64,000 nt of DNA from Coleofasciculus sp. B1-GNL1-01 (GTDB lineage Bacteria > Cyanobacteriota > Cyanobacteriia > Cyanobacteriales > Coleofasciculaceae): assembly GCA_040220235.1 (NCBI GenBank), contig JAVJTO010000157.1; one strand, 5' to 3'. Position numbers and translations under genes: made by a program. Under the pieces are notes generated by a model. It searched no databases. It was not told the DNA's origin and was given only the letters and a program-made list of their open reading frames with translations. This document shows positions 59,632 to 64,000 of the stretch, piece by piece. Numbering within the stretch: the first letter of the stretch is position 1; every line of letters begins with the position of its first letter.

Positions 59632-62600
59632 ACCATCACCAATATCTCGTTTCTTTTTCCTCAAACCCGTTTTTGGTATTTTGTTAAGCCTGCTGTTTAC
59701 AATTGGCGGGTTTCTCGGTTACGCGGCGATCGTTAAAGAAGCCAACCCTGATATTAATATTGCCATAGCGACAGTCACCACAACCTGGGCAGGGGCTGAT
59801 CCGCAAACCATTGAACAGCAAGTAACCAATGAATTAGAGACAGAGATTAAATCTGTTGAAAACCTGAAAGAACTTAGAAGTGCCTCATTTAGTGGCTTCT
59901 CCATCATTCAGGTAGAATTTAACTCCGAGGCAGATGTGGAACAGTCGATTCAACTCCTACGTGATGCCGTTTCTCAAGCCGAACCCAATTTGCCCAGAGA
60001 AGCGGATCAACCCGTTGTTGAACAAGTTTCTTTTGATGATGTCCCCATTCTCACCATAGCCCTATTTGGTGACCTAGACGCCACCGTTTTAAACTTAGCG
60101 GCGGAACGGTTGCAAGAACGATTAGAAAAAGTTTCCGGCGTTAGCGAAGTCAATCTGGGAGGGGCGCGGGATGAAGTCGTACAAGTTCAGCTTGACCCCA
60201 GTCGCCTAGTCGCGCTACAAATTCCACCCACGACAGTTGCCAATCGCATCCAAACCGCTGACCGCGATGTGCCTTTAGATGAGGTGGAGAGTGAGCAAAT
60301 TGGCACGCAGGTGCGCTTTTATGGACGGTTTCGCCAATTAGATGATTTACGGGAATTGCCGATCGCTCGTCTGGATGGGCGGGTGGTTCGCTTGGCAGAA
60401 ATTGCCACGGTTCGTCGAGAGTTGGAGGAAGAAGAAAGTCGGGCTTTTATTAGTTGGCAGGGGAGACAATTTGAACCCGTTATTAGTGTGGGGATTAAGA
60501 AAGTCCCTGGACAGGATTCAATTGAAGTGATTAATCGGGTTTTGTCAGAAATTGAAGCCGCCCAGCAGAATCCTCAACTGTGGTTTCCGGGGATGAAATA
60601 CCGAGTTATTTCTGATGAATCCGAAACAATTTGGGAGGATTTAGACAACTTATTTACCAATGCGTTGCAGGCAATGGCGGCGGTATTTGTGATTTTGTTT
60701 ATTGCCTTGTCTTGGCGAGAAGCGTTAATTGCTGGACTGTCCATTCCCTTAACTTTTTTGGGTGCATTGGCGATTTTATGGTTAACGGGTCAAACCCTGA
60801 ATACGATGGTACTGATTGGTATGGTATTGTCGTTGGGTTTGTTGGTGGATGTTTTCATCTTAATGATGGAGGGGATGCACGAGGCAATTTTTATCTCTAA
60901 GTTAGGTTTTAATCAAGCGGCGCTGAAGACGGTAAAAACCTATGCACCTCCAGCATTTTCTGGTCAGTTAACCACAATTTTGGCAATGGTGCCGCTGATG
61001 GCAATTAGTGGGACAATGGGAAAATTTATCCGCTTGCTGCCGATTACGGCGATTACCTGCTTGTTGCTGAGTTTTGCGATCGCGATTTTGGTGGATGTTC
61101 CTTTGTCTCGTTTTTTGTTAGCTGGAATCAGCAAAGAAAATAAAACCTCCCGCATTGACCAACTCAGTGAAACTGCCTCGGAACGGTTTACTCAGTGGAG
61201 TTTAAACCATACCGTTCGCAATCAAACCACTGCCCGGGCGTGGACGGCGGGAACCATTGCCTTATTCCTCTGTGCCGTCTTTGCCTTTACCCAAATTCCC
61301 ACGGTTTTCTTTCCAGAAACCGATACCCGCGATTTGAGTATTAATGTGGAAATGCCGCCAACAACCACGTTGGAAACGTCACAAGCGGTAGCGGATGATT
61401 TGGGTCAACGTTTACGGTCTAAAGACTATTTTGAAAGTGTAATTAAATATGTCGGACGACGCAGTACCTTAGTCAGTTCCGGTGAATTGCAGCCCAGCCA
61501 AGCCAGCTATTTGGTTGGATTTGATGCTGTATTTGTTCCTGAAGAACAGCGGCAGTTAACCTCCTTTGAATACGTGGAGAAGCTGCGCCCCCAACTGGAA
61601 GCGGCGCTCACCTCTTATCCCGGTGCCACCTTAGTGATCAACAGCCAACAAGCCGCCCAAAACGAAGACCCAATTCAAATCGAAATTACCGGGAATAATC
61701 TGAGTGAATTGCGGCGGATTTCTGGGGATATCCAGTTAGCATTACGGCAAATACCGGGGACAACCGATGTGCGCGATAATTTGGGCGACTTGCAACCGGA
61801 TTTGAAACTAATTCCTGAACGTGAACAGCTTGATTTTTATGGAATTAGTGAAGAACAACTTGCGGCACAGGCGCGTTATTATATGACCACCAACGATGTT
61901 GGCGATTTTGTCCTGGGTGGAAATGAGGAGGATTTAGAAATTCGCCTGAGTACACAGTGGCCCTCACGCGGGGGAGAAGTTGGGGGTCCGACTCGCCGAG
62001 ATGAACTCTTATCCGTGCGCTTCTTTGGCTCAAATCCGGATCAGCCTGTGATTGCAGCAGACTCGGTGATTGAGACAGTGCAGGGACAAACCCCGTTATC
62101 GATTACCCATCGAGGGGGAGAACGCACCGTTACCGTATTGGCAAAAGTCGCCAGTCGCACCGTTGGCGAAATTCTCAGTGATTTAGAACCGAAATTGGAA
62201 CAGATGCAACAGTCTTGGTCTCCCGGTTACCGTTATCAGTTTACCGGGGAAGCGGAGGAACAGGCGGAAACCTTTGGTTCAGCAGGTCAAGCATTGATTT
62301 TGGCAATTATCATGGTGTTTGCGGTGTTAGTGCTGCAACTGGGTTCATTTCGCCAGCCGTTTATTATTCTCTTGGCAATTCCCTTTGCCTTAATTGGCAC
62401 AATGGGCGGGTTTTTTCTGGCTTGGATTCCCTTTTCCTTTCCGGCGTTTATTGGGGTGATTTCTTTGGTGGGTATTGTAGTCAATGATGCCATTGTCATG
62501 GTGGATACGATGAACCAGTATGAACAAGAGGGGATGAACGTGCGAAAAGCGGCGGCTCATGGGGTATCGGACCGTTTGCGACCGATTTTGACGACGAGTT

Positions 62601-62758
62601 TAACTACGATTATTGGCTTGATTCCCTTGGCGCTGAGTCAGGCGACGTGGATGCCTTTATGTAGTGCAATTATCTTTGGTTTAATTGCGGCGACGTTGAG
62701 TGCGTTGCTGGTGGTGCCTTGTTTGTATTTACTGTTAACGCCGAAGCCGTCTAATTAG
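59624..62758 (+). CDS. RND (AcrB-like) efflux permease
   Basis: 1044 aa, GADP..IE..VT..LE, GIVVNDAIV and RLRPILTTSLTT motifs. Confidence 0.95.
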   Translation: MTKPSPISRFFFLKPVFGILLSLLFTIGGFLGYAAIVKEANPDINIAIATVTTTWAGADPQTIEQQVTNELETEIKSVENLKELRSASFSGFSIIQVEFNSEADVEQSIQLLRDAVSQAEPNLPREADQPVVEQVSFDDVPILTIALFGDLDATVLNLAAERLQERLEKVSGVSEVNLGGARDEVVQVQLDPSRLVALQIPPTTVANRIQTADRDVPLDEVESEQIGTQVRFYGRFRQLDDLRELPIARLDGRVVRLAEIATVRRELEEEESRAFISWQGRQFEPVISVGIKKVPGQDSIEVINRVLSEIEAAQQNPQLWFPGMKYRVISDESETIWEDLDNLFTNALQAMAAVFVILFIALSWREALIAGLSIPLTFLGALAILWLTGQTLNTMVLIGMVLSLGLLVDVFILMMEGMHEAIFISKLGFNQAALKTVKTYAPPAFSGQLTTILAMVPLMAISGTMGKFIRLLPITAITCLLLSFAIAILVDVPLSRFLLAGISKENKTSRIDQLSETASERFTQWSLNHTVRNQTTARAWTAGTIALFLCAVFAFTQIPTVFFPETDTRDLSINVEMPPTTTLETSQAVADDLGQRLRSKDYFESVIKYVGRRSTLVSSGELQPSQASYLVGFDAVFVPEEQRQLTSFEYVEKLRPQLEAALTSYPGATLVINSQQAAQNEDPIQIEITGNNLSELRRISGDIQLALRQIPGTTDVRDNLGDLQPDLKLIPEREQLDFYGISEEQLAAQARYYMTTNDVGDFVLGGNEEDLEIRLSTQWPSRGGEVGGPTRRDELLSVRFFGSNPDQPVIAADSVIETVQGQTPLSITHRGGERTVTVLAKVASRTVGEILSDLEPKLEQMQQSWSPGYRYQFTGEAEEQAETFGSAGQALILAIIMVFAVLVLQLGSFRQPFIILLAIPFALIGTMGGFFLAWIPFSFPAFIGVISLVGIVVNDAIVMVDTMNQYEQEGMNVRKAAAHGVSDRLRPILTTSLTTIIGLIPLALSQATWMPLCSAIIFGLIAATLSALLVVPCLYLLLTPKPSN

Positions 62759-63005
62759 GGAATAGGAACCCCTTTTTGAGGCGATTGAAATCGCTGCTAC
62801 ACAAATTTATGCGAAGCCTTCCCGAAGGGTAGTCCGCAAGGTAAGGACTAGATTATAAAGGGGTTGGCTAACCCGGCTTTGGTATAAGGTGTTGACTCAG
62901 GGGAGATTTTAGGCGATCGCACTCCTCAAGAAAGGGTTGAACTCGAAAAATCCCGTAGTTAATACCCTAGAATCAGAATAATCCAATTTCCTCCAACCGA
63001 AACCG

Positions 63006-63251
63006 ATGAGTCTGGTCATACCGAATGACATTCTCCAAGCCTCCAAAATGACTGAGGATGAAATGAAGCTAGAGATTGCTATCATGCTGTACAAACAAGA
63101 AAAAATCAGCAGTGGCAAAGTCCGCGCCTGGACTGGACTGACTGTAATTGAGTTCCAACACGAATTAGCCAAACGAGGAGTTTGTATCAACTATGATGTA
63201 GAGGATTTTCAGTCGGATATTCAAACATTGCAGTTAATAGGCTTACTATAA
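63006..63251 (+). CDS. UPF0175-family predicted antitoxin
   Basis: EIAI.LY.Q.KISSGK, EFQ.ELA.RG and YD.EDF..D motifs. Confidence 0.85.
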   Translation: MSLVIPNDILQASKMTEDEMKLEIAIMLYKQEKISSGKVRAWTGLTVIEFQHELAKRGVCINYDVEDFQSDIQTLQLIGLL

Positions 63252-63370
63252 TTGTTGTCAGTGATACCTCACCCATCACCAATCTGGCAGCAATTGGTCA
63301 GCTCGATTTATTGCGGCAACTCTATAAAATCATCATTATTCCGCAAGCTGTTTATAGCAATCCTATTTAG
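63248..63370 (+). pseudogene. Truncated PIN-domain (DUF3368-like) toxin remnant
   Basis: Frame reads IIVVSDTSPITNLAAIGQLDLLRQLYKIIIIPQAVY then stops. The start codon is ATA, overlapping the antitoxin stop. Confidence 0.8.
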
Positions 63371-63385
63371 GGTCAGCGGACGAAG

Positions 63386-64000
63386 TTAACGAGTGCGATT
63401 TGACCGTTTTTGCATCCACCAAACTATAAGACCTACAGGAAGCGCTATGAGAACTCCCACGATTATATGAAACAGTACGTCAAGGAAATTGTAGTAGGAA
63501 AGATAAAGGGGAATGACAGCTTCAGGGCTATCCGAGGGTTGATTTTTAGTAATAATTGTTTTTACAGGTTCAGAAGTGACTTGAGAGGAGATACCACTGA
63601 CGGCTAAACCTGTGCTGACAACGGCAATTAACAATTCTAATCGTTGTTGTCGTTTTTGAGCCGCCGATTCTGTGGCGCGATCGCTCTCGGCTTGTTCGAT
63701 GTCTACTCGTCCCTGGATGGCGGTTAGCGCTTTTTCGAGTAATCCGGCTCCGTGTTGGAAGTAGCCTAAATCGGATTGAATTTGTTCGGTGAAAAGACGG
63801 TAGTCGTCATCCAAAAAGCGGGATAGGAAGCTGATATCTTCGGCGGGGAGTTTGCTTTGGATATCGTTGAGTTCTCGCCTGTAGTTTTGAGCGTTGGTGT
63901 CAATCGTGAGGCGGTAGCGGTCTAGTTCACTGATTAATTGAGAGTAGGATAAGTATTTTTGAGGAATATCTTTGAGGTATTTTTTGAATTGGTTGAGTTC
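63386..64000 (-). CDS. Hypothetical coiled-coil protein with two C-terminal TM helices, 5' part outside the window
   Basis: Frame open from the window edge (ELNQFKKYLKDIP...) to the stop at 63386. Confidence 0.8.
   Translation of the reverse strand, partial: ELNQFKKYLKDIPQKYLSYSQLISELDRYRLTIDTNAQNYRRELNDIQSKLPAEDISFLSRFLDDDYRLFTEQIQSDLGYFQHGAGLLEKALTAIQGRVDIEQAESDRATESAAQKRQQRLELLIAVVSTGLAVSGISSQVTSEPVKTIITKNQPSDSPEAVIPLYLSYYNFLDVLFHIIVGVLIALPVGLIVWWMQKRSNRTR

Overview
Chromosomal window from a cyanobacterium. The evidence is apcF, glnA with NtcA boxes, abundant GCGATCGC/HIP1 octamers and a fraC-fraD-fraE septal-junction operon, which points to a filamentous form; an Oscillatoriales/Coleofasciculus-like host is inference only. 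Most genes are housekeeping or signalling: a DICT-GAF histidine kinase, a macro domain protein, PiT, an amidase, a RecD2-like helicase, RtcB, a GAF-PAS-GGDEF-EAL protein, CHAD, Crp, a CobO-like protein, a CHASE2 cyclase with FecR partner, AspC, a NitT/TauT ABC transporter led by an SBP-OmpA fusion, a kinase-less phosphorelay cluster and an RND pump. The main accessory block (about 18.6-22.2 kb) is a HIP1-free type II R-M island: an M.EcoGII-like MTase with an internal HTH, a BstXI-like HNH nuclease and a C protein with C-boxes, followed by an XRE switch module. Intergenic DNA carries several nested REP/MITE-like repeat families and three long, apparently highly structured non-coding regions (about 1.7-2.4 kb, 37.15-37.6 kb and the glnA leader). 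No rRNA, tRNA, CRISPR array or intact transposase was recognised. All family assignments come from motif recognition by eye, not database searches.
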